Origin: Pachysolen tannophilus NRRL Y-2460
Lineage: Eukaryota
Reading direction: 5' to 3'
NCBI GenBank assembly: GCA_001661245.1
Contig: KV454012.1
Span: forward strand, 1,198,848-1,262,847
Length of the DNA: 64,000 nucleotides
Shown here: positions 11,561-22,566 of the stretch, one piece after another
Layout: each line of letters opens with the position of its first letter
Position numbering within the stretch: position 1 is the first letter of the stretch
The notes under the pieces: model-generated
What the model saw: the letters and a program-made list of their open reading frames with translations, nothing else
The model's database searches: none
What the model was told of the DNA's origin: nothing
Program-made: the position numbers and the translations under genes

Positions 11561-12823
11561 ATGACTGAGGAAGTTACTGAAGGTATTAATGCTTTGGATG
11601 TTAATCAAAAAATTACACCATGGGAGGTTGAAGGTGCTGTTGTTAATGGGAAATTACAAGGTATTGATTATCAAAAATTAGTTGAACAGTTTGGTACAAA
11701 ACTTATAACTTTAGAGACAATGAAGAGGTTTAAAGAGGTTACAGGACGGGAGCCACATCATTTTATGAAAAAGGGTTTATTTTTTTCTGAAAGGGATTTT
11801 AATAAGATTTTAGATTTATATGAAGCTGGTCAACCATTTTTCCTTTATACTGGAAGAGGTCCATCATCTGATTCAATTCATTGTGGTCATATGGTTCCAT
11901 TTATTTTCACAAAATGGTTACAAGATGTATTTGATGTTCCATTGGTGATTGAATTAACTGATGATGAGAAATTTTTATTTAAACAAAAATTAACTATTGA
12001 TGATGTGAAAAATTTTGCCAAGGAAAATGCTAAAGATATTATAGCTGTTGGATTTAATCCTGAAAATACTTTTATCTTTTCTGATTTAGAATATATGAAT
12101 AGTGGATTTTATGAAAATGTTGTTAGAACTTCAAGACAAATTACTACATCAACTGCAAAAGCAGTTTTTGGATTTCAAGATTCTGATAGTATTGGTAAAT
12201 TACATTTTGCTTCAGTTCAAATTTCTGCAGCTTTCCCATCATCTTTCCCAGGAGTTTTAGATCTCCCACCAAAAACCCCATGTTTGATTCCATGTGCTAT
12301 AGATCAAGATCCATATTTCAGAGTATGTAGAGATGTTGCAGATAAGTTAAAATTTTCAAAACCTTCATTGATTCATTCAAGATTTTTCCCAGCATTACAA
12401 GGTGCTACTACAAAAATGTCTGCTAGTGATGAAAATACTGCAATTTTCATGACTGATACTGCAAAGCAAATACAGAAAAAAATTAATAAATATGCTTTTT
12501 CTGGTGGTCAAGTTACAGTTGAAGAACATAGAAAATTAGGAGGAAATCCAGATATTGATGTTGCTTATCAATATTTATCATTTTTTGAAGATGATGACCA
12601 GATTTTGAAAAAAATTTCAGATGATTATAAATCAGGAGAATTATTATCAGGAGAATTGAAAAAATTATGTAGTGATAAATTAACTGAATTTGTATTAGGA
12701 TTTCAAGAAAGAAGATCAAAAATTGATGGGAAAGTTTTAGATTCTTTTATGAAACCACATAAATTGGTTAGTGGCACTAAACAAAGAATTGTTCCTATTA
12801 AACCAATACAAAAAAAGAAATAA
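11561..12823 (+). CDS. WRS1: Cytoplasmic tryptophanyl-tRNA synthetase
   Basis: ITPWEV, LYTGRGPSS, HxGH, PCAIDQDPYFR, KMSAS, KINKYAFSGG. Confidence 0.97.
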   Translation: MTEEVTEGINALDVNQKITPWEVEGAVVNGKLQGIDYQKLVEQFGTKLITLETMKRFKEVTGREPHHFMKKGLFFSERDFNKILDLYEAGQPFFLYTGRGPSSDSIHCGHMVPFIFTKWLQDVFDVPLVIELTDDEKFLFKQKLTIDDVKNFAKENAKDIIAVGFNPENTFIFSDLEYMNSGFYENVVRTSRQITTSTAKAVFGFQDSDSIGKLHFASVQISAAFPSSFPGVLDLPPKTPCLIPCAIDQDPYFRVCRDVADKLKFSKPSLIHSRFFPALQGATTKMSASDENTAIFMTDTAKQIQKKINKYAFSGGQVTVEEHRKLGGNPDIDVAYQYLSFFEDDDQILKKISDDYKSGELLSGELKKLCSDKLTEFVLGFQERRSKIDGKVLDSFMKPHKLVSGTKQRIVPIKPIQKKK

Positions 12824-13133
12824 TTATTTAACTCATATCTTCATATCTTCATGTCTAAAAAAAACTTTTATATTTTATTTTATTTTATTTTAACTTTTTT
12901 TTTTGGTTTTTTGGCTTTTGGTTTTTGGTTTTTTGGTTTTTCGGTTTTCGATATATATCATCATCATGTTCTAAAAATAGAATTTCATCAAAGTGCTTAA
13001 AAAAAAAAAGAAGAAATAAAAAAAATGAATAAAAAAAAAATGAATATAAAAAAATGAATAAAAAAAATTTTAAAAAAAAATGAAAAAAAAAAAAAAAAAA
13101 ACCTCTTAAGAAAGAAGTTGTAAAGTAAAACTT

Positions 13134-13898
13134 TTATTTCTTGCCAATTTTGTTCATATAATCAACTATTTGATTAAGGTTAATAATTTTAATGTTAAAT
13201 TTTTTACCAAATTCTGCACAATCAAGTAATCTCATCATTGACCCATCTTCATCCTTTACCAATTCACCGATAGCTCCGGCAGGTTGTAAACCAACCAATT
13301 GGCATAATTCGACAGCTGCCTCGGTATGACCTCTTCTTTCTCTTAATAAGCCTGGTTTTGCTCTTAAGGGACATATATGACCCGGTCTCATGAAATCTTC
13401 ACTTTTCGAATCCAGATGTGCTAATTTCAAAGTAGTCCATGCTCTATCATGAGCAGAAATACCTGTTGTAGTACCTTCTCTATGATCCACAGTTATAGTA
13501 TAAGCAGTTCCATGTCTATCAGTATTATGTTCGAGCATTAATGGAAGTTTTAATTTATCAGCTCTCTCGGTTGATAAAGGAACACATATATAACCAGAAC
13601 TATACCTGATCATAAAAGCCATTTTCTCCGTAGTAACTTTCTCAGCAGCAATGATCAAGTCTCCTTCATTCTCACGATCTTCATCGTCCATTACAATTAA
13701 AAATTCACCATTTTCTAATTTATACATACAAACATTTTAATCAAGTTTAATCAAATCAGTTAGTAAAAAAAATGAAATATAAATAACGTTTCAGTTAAAA
13801 CCGAAACAAAAAATCAAAAAAATAAGAACAATAAAAGAAAACATACTAAAAGCTTCAAGAGCTTCTTCTATAGGAGTAAATACTTGTGTCTCAGCCAT
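13134..13898 (-). CDS. RIB3: 3,4-dihydroxy-2-butanone 4-phosphate synthase. Exon 1 13847-13898, intron 13715-13846, exon 2 13134-13714.
   Basis: Exon 1 MAETQVFTPIEEALEAF with GTATGT donor, TACTAAC branch and TAG acceptor. Exon 2 has MDDEDRENEGDL, TTGISAHDR, RPGHICPL, RRGHTEA. Confidence 0.96.
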
Positions 13899-14289
13899 TT
13901 TCAAATTATATACGATACAATGTTATTAAAAAAAAATCAAAATCAAATTCTAATGATAATTATGATAATTATGATAATTAGATTAATAAGAGTTCATTGA
14001 AATGCCTGAAATATTTCATCAAACTCATCATCACTTTTAGGTAATTTCATTTAAGATTTCTCGGAGAAGTTTTTGCTTAAAAAAAAATAAAGGTTTCCGC
14101 AGCGGAAAAGTTTAGGAATTCTCGGAGGAAAAAAAGGTTTCCAGGAAACCCCAAATCTTCTCCGTTTCGGTCTTTATTAATATAACCAAGTAAAGTAATA
14201 TTAATGATTGATACCATATTCATACTGTTAGTTATTATAATCTATATACTTTTTTTCAATTATCATTTTGATTTGCATTTGTTGGAAGG

Positions 14290-14943
14290 ATGAATAGGCT
14301 TTTTGGATCTAGGAGTAAAGTTCCCAAACCTAGTTTGAATGATGCTATTAATAATATTGAGGAGCGGGTTTCATCATTAGATGTTAAATTAACAAAGATA
14401 AATGCTGAATTAGGTACTTATCAGGCTAAACTTTCCAAGATGAGGGATGGTCCTGGTAAAAATGCTTTAAAGCAAAAGGCAATTAAGATTTTGAAACAAA
14501 AAAGACAAATAGAGCTGCAGAAGGATCAATTAGAAAGTCAGAGTTGGAATATGTCTCAAGCTTCGATGACTACAGATAATTTGAAAAATACAATGATAAC
14601 TGTTGATGCTATGAAACAGGCAAATAAAGAATTAAAGAAAACTTATGGGAAAATTGATATAGATAAGATACAAGATATGCAGGATGAAATGTTGGATTTA
14701 ATTGAGCAATCAAATGAGTTACAAAATTCATTAGCTGCAAATTATGATGTACCAGATGATATTAGTGAAGGTGAATTGGATGCAGAATTAGAAGCTTTAG
14801 GAGATGAATTTGAAAATGATTTAGATTTGGAAGGAAGTCAAATTCCAAGTTATTTGAGTAATAATGCTGGTGAAGTACCTAATTTCATTGATGAGGAATC
14901 AAGTATTACAGATAAAAATAAAGAAAAAGAAGTTGCTAGTTGA
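14290..14943 (+). CDS. VPS60: ESCRT-III-associated Snf7-family protein Vps60
   Basis: MNRLFG start, QLESQSWNMSQA, YGKIDIDKIQDMQDEM, ISEGELDAELEAL. Confidence 0.93.
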   Translation: MNRLFGSRSKVPKPSLNDAINNIEERVSSLDVKLTKINAELGTYQAKLSKMRDGPGKNALKQKAIKILKQKRQIELQKDQLESQSWNMSQASMTTDNLKNTMITVDAMKQANKELKKTYGKIDIDKIQDMQDEMLDLIEQSNELQNSLAANYDVPDDISEGELDAELEALGDEFENDLDLEGSQIPSYLSNNAGEVPNFIDEESSITDKNKEKEVAS

Positions 14944-15010
14944 ATCCAGTAAGAAAATTTTAATACTTTTTATATATATATATATATATATATTTTTCTA
15001 ATTGTATAAT

Positions 15011-15961
15011 CTATTTAACTCTTTGAATTGCCATAAAATAATTTCCAAGATCTGGACAATTGGTAAAACTCCATCCTTGAAATGGTAAGTAAATACATCC
15101 TTTAGAATCTTTTATTTCAAAATTATCTGCATTTTCATTAAACCATGAAACAATTTCTTTTTGATTTATATATTTTTCTAAAGTATGTGTTCCAACTGGG
15201 ACAATTTTTAAAATATGTTCCCCCATAAAAATTGTGGTAAACCAACTAATAAAATCTCTGTTTATAGTACTTAAAAAAACCCATCCACCAATTTCAACAT
15301 GTTCTAAAACATTTTTCAAAACCAGAGCAGGATATGTAACATGTTCCAACATTTCAAAAATTGTTATAATTTCATATTTTTCTGTAAGTGGTAAATCTTC
15401 TATAGCCATCAATTTATAATCAATCTTATCAACAATTAAAGGATCCAATTTACTATGTATCTTGGCAACTTCCAATACTTCATTTGATAAATCAATTCCA
15501 GTAACCAGCTTAATGATTGGTAACCTCGCTAAGGATTCAGATAAAATCCCACCACCACAACCAACATCTAATGCTCTTAAAGATAATTTATTATACAATT
15601 GTCTTTTCTTCAAAATTTGTTCCAATTTAATCAGTCCAGAAACTTCATTTGGTAATAAACTCAAATCATAAGGTGGTATATACACTTCTTCTTCCACTGA
15701 TTCAACCCCTTCATTCAATTTCAAATTGGAAGATATGGTATCCTGTATAAAATCCATCCTCAACAAATTCATCTTATGTAGTATGCGTTGTGACCCATTG
15801 ATATTCCACCATGATGATGCTAACTGATTGAAATGGTCTTTCTCTTCACTGCAAATAGACGTCAACTTATCATTCTCTCTACAACAAAGAGATGTCATAA
15901 ATGTCCTTCTCCAAACTAACGGCAGGCAATTCCTAAGAGCTCTCAACTTGATAATTGACAT
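15011..15961 (-). CDS. COQ3: Ubiquinone biosynthesis O-methyltransferase, mitochondrial
   Basis: Presequence-like N-terminus, WWNINGSQRILHKMNLLRMDFI, LDVGCGGGILSESLAR, EMLEHV, VPVGTH. Confidence 0.93.
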   Translation of the reverse strand: MSIIKLRALRNCLPLVWRRTFMTSLCCRENDKLTSICSEEKDHFNQLASSWWNINGSQRILHKMNLLRMDFIQDTISSNLKLNEGVESVEEEVYIPPYDLSLLPNEVSGLIKLEQILKKRQLYNKLSLRALDVGCGGGILSESLARLPIIKLVTGIDLSNEVLEVAKIHSKLDPLIVDKIDYKLMAIEDLPLTEKYEIITIFEMLEHVTYPALVLKNVLEHVEIGGWVFLSTINRDFISWFTTIFMGEHILKIVPVGTHTLEKYINQKEIVSWFNENADNFEIKDSKGCIYLPFQGWSFTNCPDLGNYFMAIQRVK

Positions 15962-16164
15962 TTCTTAAACTGATAATTTCTATAAATTAATTTACTGAAA
16001 ACACCAAAAAAATATTTAAATTTATTCATTTTCATTTCCATTTTCATTTTATTTATTTATTTTTTTTTTTTTTAGTATATATTTTGATGTAATAAATTAT
16101 TTAATAAAACGGTATAAATTATAAAATATATTTGAATAATTATAGTATACGATAATCCGTTACG

Positions 16165-18618
16165 ATGAACTTTGAGGATTCGATCATTGCTACACGGCAA
16201 AGACGTTCTAATGCTGGATCGAGGTTGAAACATTTGTTGGAGTTGGAAGAACAAAGAAATGAAGAATTAACTGAACAACCATTTGCTACTGAAGAAGATG
16301 AAAATGTTAATTTATTATTCCAAGAAGATGAAGAAGATGATGAATTTGTAGAAGAAACTGAAGGATCAGGGGAAGAAGAAGAAGTAGAAGGACTGGAAGA
16401 AAAAGAGGAAGAGGAGGAAGAAGAAGAAGAAGAGAAAGAAATACCTTCACGGAAGAGAAAAAGAAAAGCAGAAAGTGATCACGAACTGGAAGCAGAAGAT
16501 AACGATGATGTTTTCACAGATTCTGATACTTCTTCAGGAGAATCTGACGAAGAGGAAGGTGAGATTGAACTTGAAAAACAAGAAAGAGCAGCTAAAAGGC
16601 TGAGACTGAAAAAGGAAAGACTGGTTGCACCAAAGATAACATCACTGGTTTCACAAACGCCAGTTAAGAAATCAATAAAGAAGCCATCTCTGAAAAGACC
16701 ACACCACGAATTAAAAGCTGAATCGTTATTAGATTTGAATAGAAGAGCGTCTTCAAGAAGATCAGTGGTGGAAAATAAATTGGCAATTGTGGAGAAATTG
16801 AAAATTGCGGAAGAGAAAAAAAAGTTACATAAGCCTAGAGAAAAGGTTGAACAGGTAGAATTAACACAAGATGAAAGATTACTGGAAGCTGTAGAAACAG
16901 AGAAACATAACATTTTATCCTTGAATAGATTTCAAGAACAAGAAACTGTTAGAAAAGAAAAACAAAGGGCATTACAATTAAGTAGAAGAATCAAATTAGT
17001 AGATGTTGTTAGATTTAATAGTTTCCAGCAGTTGGTAACACCATTGGATGAGATTAACGATATTAAGGCATTGAATTTATTGGTTGATTCACGGAAAAGT
17101 AAAAGAGGAAGAAGAAAGAGGGTTGAAGAAAAAAAGGAAAGTATTGTAGAAAGTGTTGTTAATAAAGAAATGTTGGATGCTGCGGCAGCAGATCAAAAGA
17201 AAGAGGAGTCTACTAAAGTAGAGGAGGTAAAGAATGAAGCCATTCAGATTACAGAACCATCTCAGGATACAAATATAATAGAAACTGTAGAGGTCCCGCA
17301 GGTGAAGAAAGAAGATAAAGAAGTTGAGGAAGTTGAGGAAAATAAAAGCCCAGAGAATACAACAGCTAATATTTCAGATTCGATGCAGGAAGTAGCGAAC
17401 TCTGAAGATAGGAAAAGTCTTGAAAAAGATGAAGAAGATAAGGAAGTTGAGGAAGTTGAAGAAAATAAGGAAAATAAGGAAAATAAGGAAAATAAAAGCC
17501 CGGAGAATACAACAGCTAATATGTCAGATTCGATTCTGGAAGTAACTAACTCTGAAGATGGGAAAAGTCTTGAAAAAGATGAAAAAGACGAAAAAGACGA
17601 AAAAGATGTTTCAAAACAAGACCCTAATCTGGAAGAAAACGAAAGTGGAAAAGAGCATGTAAAGGATGTGACAAAAATTCAAGACGAGGTTGAAGAGATA
17701 AATGACAAAGAAACTGAAGCAAATAAGATAATTCCACAAGAGAGGAAATCTGATCTAGAAACCTCAGAATCAAAGGAAGATGATCTAACCAAACTTGAAG
17801 AAGGAAATCCTGAAACAGATTCGAAAGTCGATATAGTGTCAGAACAAGGCGAACTGATAAAAATATCAGAGCTGTCGGAACTGCCAGAAGAGAAAAAAGT
17901 TACATTTGCAGACGAAAAAAAAGTTGCCATCATTTCAGAATTAGGTCCAACTGAATCTCAATCAGACACACCTGCGCTTTTGATATCTGGATCCGAAGAA
18001 CCAGAAGATGGAGTGCCTAAGGAGTGGGAAGAAAATATATACGAAGGACCCCCCCAATTAGTTGCAAGAAATTTAATATCGTTTGAGAACTTCAGCAAAG
18101 AACTTTCAGCTTTTGAAATCAAGAAAATTCTCATGGGAGAACAAAGTTTGCTTTCTGCGCATAGGAGATCATTTGATGTTGAGGCAGTAGTGAGAATTAG
18201 AGCTAATACAGAGGATGAAGATCTTGAAAAAAATCTTTTTGTTCCTTTCTCTCAACAAAAATTAGCTCAATTTCAGGAGTTGGAGAATTTGCCAACTTTT
18301 GGTAATTATCTTTCTACTAATGAAGTTCCAGAAGATGATTTAACAGGTGAAGTTAAAAAACAAGTTCAAATCAAGACCCCTGCTCCTATGGGTATATATT
18401 TGTCCAATGGTTTGAAGAAAAAATGTTTGATCTCTGGGAAAGATGCTCAATATTTTGATCCTAGAAATGGTATACCATATAGTAGTGTTGATGCTTATAA
18501 AGTATTAAAAGAAGTTCAAAATGGTCTGTATATATGGTCGCAATTGCCCAACGGTGGTGGCATTTATTTAAACGAAAGGAATGGTAGATGTGCTAAAGGA
18601 TGTCCTGAAGGTTTTTAA
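16165..18618 (+). CDS. VPS72: SWR1 complex subunit Vps72/Swc2 (YL1 family)
   Basis: IIATRQRRSNAGSRLKHLL, LTQDERL.EA.ETEKHN and the C-terminal YL1 domain CLISGKDAQYFDPRNGIPYSSVDAYK. Confidence 0.92.
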   Translation: MNFEDSIIATRQRRSNAGSRLKHLLELEEQRNEELTEQPFATEEDENVNLLFQEDEEDDEFVEETEGSGEEEEVEGLEEKEEEEEEEEEEKEIPSRKRKRKAESDHELEAEDNDDVFTDSDTSSGESDEEEGEIELEKQERAAKRLRLKKERLVAPKITSLVSQTPVKKSIKKPSLKRPHHELKAESLLDLNRRASSRRSVVENKLAIVEKLKIAEEKKKLHKPREKVEQVELTQDERLLEAVETEKHNILSLNRFQEQETVRKEKQRALQLSRRIKLVDVVRFNSFQQLVTPLDEINDIKALNLLVDSRKSKRGRRKRVEEKKESIVESVVNKEMLDAAAADQKKEESTKVEEVKNEAIQITEPSQDTNIIETVEVPQVKKEDKEVEEVEENKSPENTTANISDSMQEVANSEDRKSLEKDEEDKEVEEVEENKENKENKENKSPENTTANMSDSILEVTNSEDGKSLEKDEKDEKDEKDVSKQDPNLEENESGKEHVKDVTKIQDEVEEINDKETEANKIIPQERKSDLETSESKEDDLTKLEEGNPETDSKVDIVSEQGELIKISELSELPEEKKVTFADEKKVAIISELGPTESQSDTPALLISGSEEPEDGVPKEWEENIYEGPPQLVARNLISFENFSKELSAFEIKKILMGEQSLLSAHRRSFDVEAVVRIRANTEDEDLEKNLFVPFSQQKLAQFQELENLPTFGNYLSTNEVPEDDLTGEVKKQVQIKTPAPMGIYLSNGLKKKCLISGKDAQYFDPRNGIPYSSVDAYKVLKEVQNGLYIWSQLPNGGGIYLNERNGRCAKGCPEGF
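17311..17607 (+). repeat. Two tandem copies of an in-frame unit of about 123 bp inside VPS72, with nested 9-bp expansions (ENK)n and (EKD)n
   Basis: EDKEVEEVEENKSPENTTAN.SDS..EV.NSED.KSLEKDE occurs twice with near-identical DNA. Confidence 0.9.
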
Positions 18619-18742
18619 AAATATATGTTAATTACTTAATTTATTTTTAATAATGTATATAAAAAAAATTATCTTTTTTTGTTAGATTAGAAACTCTAAA
18701 GAAAAGCGATTATAATGAAAAGAACTTAATAAATAGTAATAA

Positions 18743-20041
18743 TTAAATATACTTCTTTAACCCTTTTAATTTCTCCACTGCAGCTTCTAACAATTCGTCA
18801 TCTTTACAAACAGCAAATCTCAAACAGTCTTCAGCTACTTTTTCATGTTCTGGAATATAAAATTCTGTTGGAGGAATGGCAACAACACCAAATTCTTTGA
18901 TTAACCAATAAGCCAATTTAAAATCTTTTGCTCTTGATGCAATTTCAGCTGGATATTTATAATCTTGAGGAACTTTTACTTTTCCAAAATTGACCAATAA
19001 GAAATAACCACCTTCAGCAATTGTGTACGGTAATCCCAAATCATCCCAAACTTTGTTAAAAATTTCATATTTATGAATGTATTCTTGTCTTGTCTTTTCA
19101 TAATAACCATTAGTCAATGATTGTTCTAAAGCACTTGCTACTGCTTCTTGTAAAGGAGAAGGTGTTGAAAAACAAATTCTTGTATGTGCTAGAGCAACAT
19201 AACTTATTAATTCTGGATTACCTATAATCCAACCAACTCTCCAACCAGTAGCGGCAAAAGATTTACCAGCGGAACCTACGGTAAGAGTTCTAGCACCAAT
19301 TTCTGGAGATAATGTAGCAATTCTAACATGATCTGTATAATACAAATTTTCATAAACTTCATCTGATACAATTAAAAAATTATGTTTAACAGCCAAATTA
19401 CCAATTTTATTTAATTCATCTCTTGTGAAAACTTTACCAACTGGGTTATGAGGTGTATTTAAAACAATCATTTTTGTCTTTGATGTAATTGCATTTTCTA
19501 ATTCATTCCAATTGATTTCCCATTCACTTCCTTTAACAGTTCTCTTATTAAAATCTGATGGTGGATGTAATGGAACATAAACAACTTTACCACCAGAAAG
19601 TTCAATATTTGAAATATATTGATCAAAAAATGGTTCAAACACAATAACTTCTTCATCAAGACCATGAGTTAAAAAAGCAGTAAAAATTGATAATATTCCT
19701 TCATTTGCACCAGTTGAAACTTGAATTTCACTAGTATCCAATTTTCTACCATAAAATGGAGAATAAGTATCAGATAAAGCTTTTAACAATCTTGGCCTAC
19801 CTCTAGCATGAGAATACTGGTTACACAGCAGAATATCCAAAGCATCTTTTGCAGCTTTAATTGCAAAATCAGGAGGTGAATAAGAGAAAAAACCTTGGCC
19901 TAAATTAACAATTTTCTCACCACTTTCCTTTTCAGCAGCAGCAGCAGTTTCGTTGATTAAAGACCAAACATCTTTCCCACTTTTCTTAAAATAAGGATTG
20001 TTTTTAGGTAACGCAACAGACATCCTACTCAATTTGCTCAT
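18743..20041 (-). CDS. BNA3: Kynurenine aminotransferase (class I PLP aminotransferase)
   Basis: KDVWSLINETA, NLGQGFFSYSPP, LNTPHNPVGKVF, SDEVYENL, VGSAGKSFAATGWRVGW, LRFAVCKD. Confidence 0.93.
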   Translation of the reverse strand: MSKLSRMSVALPKNNPYFKKSGKDVWSLINETAAAAEKESGEKIVNLGQGFFSYSPPDFAIKAAKDALDILLCNQYSHARGRPRLLKALSDTYSPFYGRKLDTSEIQVSTGANEGILSIFTAFLTHGLDEEVIVFEPFFDQYISNIELSGGKVVYVPLHPPSDFNKRTVKGSEWEINWNELENAITSKTKMIVLNTPHNPVGKVFTRDELNKIGNLAVKHNFLIVSDEVYENLYYTDHVRIATLSPEIGARTLTVGSAGKSFAATGWRVGWIIGNPELISYVALAHTRICFSTPSPLQEAVASALEQSLTNGYYEKTRQEYIHKYEIFNKVWDDLGLPYTIAEGGYFLLVNFGKVKVPQDYKYPAEIASRAKDFKLAYWLIKEFGVVAIPPTEFYIPEHEKVAEDCLRFAVCKDDELLEAAVEKLKGLKKYI

Positions 20042-21078
20042 TCAAAGCTTTTTCAGGTTTTAAATTTTTTCTTTTTTTTTCTTTCTTTCTTTCTTTGAGG
20101 AAGAATGAGTTGTTTATTTCCAATCAAATAAAAATCAAAGATTAAAGAAAAGAAAGAAAAAAGGGCATACAAACTTTTAAAATGAAAAGTTCAAGTTTAA
20201 CTTTGAACTTAAATGTGAATTTGGTTGGACATAATTGATAAGAAAGATGTATAGAAAGTCACATGACTTCTATAAAAAAGCCACACTTTTTGCTGCTAAA
20301 AATGTACGCAAGTGCGGTGCACAAATTTGTGCACTGGTGCGGTACTAAGCGATACGCCGTAACTGTTCTTTAAAGCGGCATTTCTGTGCACATAAAAATC
20401 TTTTAATGTGTATCACAAGTGCAATTGAAATTGCGCATCTAGGAGCGGCTGCTCTTTCAAAAAAATAAAAATTAAAAGCGCAATTGCGCACGCTGTTAAA
20501 AAAGTAAATTTTTTTTCGCTTTTGCTGCAAGACGATCTCAATGCGATTGCGATGACTTGATAACTACTATAAAGATCACCAAAGTTCATCAGAACAACAA
20601 CGACTACTACCACCACAACAATCACTACCACCACAGCTTTTCAATTACCACAGAGCCACTATTTTTTTAAAACAAAAATAATTATATATTTAATTTATAA
20701 TTAAAATTAAAAGAGAACAAAGAGAGAGAAAAGTGGCTAGTGATTGATTAAATAATTGAAATTATATTTGCTTTTCTTTGCTGTAGTTGTTTCCATTAAT
20801 TGTTCTACAAAATTTCATTGAGTGATACTAATACTGAAGATCGTTAGTTACTGATTCTTTTTCGGTTCAATGAATGTTGATCCAACACACAAAAGTTCTT
20901 GTGTCGAAAGTTTCCATCACTGGTTTTATTGAATAGAACAGTCTATTGGCTTCAATTGGTGTGGTCTCACACTACTGTGACAAATCAAGGAAGGCCCTTT
21001 TAAGATAACCAATACTTTTTTGAATCCAATTGTTTTTATATAGAAATAATATTGGATCAACGATTAGTAAAAATCACA

Positions 21079-22473
21079 ATGAGTGAGCTTGAGCCTGTGG
21101 CAACTGTCGGCTCATCTGTTGTGAATTTGTTAAATACTATTGTTGGTGCTGGACTTTTAGCTGTACCATTGACTTTTAAAACTGATGGTGTCTTATTAGG
21201 TGTATTAATAATTGTCTTGGCTGGTTTGACATCAGGGTTTGGCCTTTATCTTCAAGGTTTAACTTCAAAATTTATAGATCGAGGAAATGCAAATTTTTTC
21301 AATATTTGCTTAATAACTTATCCTTCATTATCGGTATTATTTGATGTGGCAATTGCAATTCAATGTTTTGGAGTTGGAGTAAGTTATGTTGTATTAATTG
21401 GAGATTTGATGCCTACTATCTTACAGTTTGAGATATTTGGTAACGAACAACGATTATTTTGGATATTATTTTCAGCTTTGATTATAACACCATTATGTTT
21501 TTTCAAAAATTTGGATTCATTAAAATATACTTCAATAATAGCATTACTGTCCATTGGATATATAGTTTTGTTAATTTATATTCATTTTTTCATGGAATTA
21601 AAATTGGAAATTATTAATGGCTTGAAAAGTGACTTGAAAGGTGATATAAGTTTACTTAAACCTGAATCTTTTAATTCTATCTTATCTACGTTTGCTATCA
21701 TAGTTTTCGCTTTTACAGGACATCAAAATATGTATTCAATTATAAATGAATTGAAAGTCAATACAACACTGAATATTAATAAAATTGTTGTTATTTCAAT
21801 TTTTCTTACAGCAATGCTATTTTTAACAGTTGGATTGACAGGTTATTACACTTTTGGTAATAATATCAATGGTAATATAATATTAATTTATACTGATAAT
21901 GCTTATACAAAACTTGCACGCTTATCAATAGTTATTATGGTTCTATTATCATTTCCCTTGATGTTATACCCTTGCAGAATAAGTATACACAATATTGTCT
22001 CATGGGTAAACAAAAATGTTATCAAGAGTTTTTGGACTACTACAACTACTAATAATACAGCTACTGTAAATACAAATTTTCCTCCCGATGAAACCAGTGG
22101 GTTATTAGAAGAGCAAAGGGTTGGTCTTTTAGAAGCTGAAAAACCTGTCTTGAATCATGCAAGGTTTGTTACATTGACTGTTATTTTACTTCTCTTATCC
22201 TACATTATTGCAATCTCATTAACATCTTTTGAGTTTATATTGTCCGTTGTTGGAGCCACAGGATCAACAGCAATTTCATTTATCTTACCTGGTTTGTTTG
22301 GATACAAGTTAATTGGATCGGAAGATAGCCTAGGTATGTTAAGAGAGCAAGTTGATGGAGAAGATGAAGCAATTTTCAAAAATAAAATTGTTAACAAGTT
22401 AAGTCTAGGATTAACAGCCTGGGGTATAATTGTTATGGTTCTTTGTTTATATTCTAGCATTTATCTTGAATAA
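21079..22473 (+). CDS. AVT7: Vacuolar amino-acid transporter, AAAP family (Avt5/6/7-like)
   Basis: NLLNTIVGAG, FKTDGVLLG, QCFGVGVSYVVLIGDL, FAFTGHQN, VGATGSTAISFILPG, many TM segments. First ATG is at 21079. Confidence 0.82.
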   Translation: MSELEPVATVGSSVVNLLNTIVGAGLLAVPLTFKTDGVLLGVLIIVLAGLTSGFGLYLQGLTSKFIDRGNANFFNICLITYPSLSVLFDVAIAIQCFGVGVSYVVLIGDLMPTILQFEIFGNEQRLFWILFSALIITPLCFFKNLDSLKYTSIIALLSIGYIVLLIYIHFFMELKLEIINGLKSDLKGDISLLKPESFNSILSTFAIIVFAFTGHQNMYSIINELKVNTTLNINKIVVISIFLTAMLFLTVGLTGYYTFGNNINGNIILIYTDNAYTKLARLSIVIMVLLSFPLMLYPCRISIHNIVSWVNKNVIKSFWTTTTTNNTATVNTNFPPDETSGLLEEQRVGLLEAEKPVLNHARFVTLTVILLLLSYIIAISLTSFEFILSVVGATGSTAISFILPGLFGYKLIGSEDSLGMLREQVDGEDEAIFKNKIVNKLSLGLTAWGIIVMVLCLYSSIYLE

Positions 22474-22566
22474 GTATTTTATGGATTTTTCAAATTACAC
22501 TGATTTTATTTAAAGTGAAAATAAACGAATAGGTAAAGATTGATAAAATCTTAGATAAAAACTATA

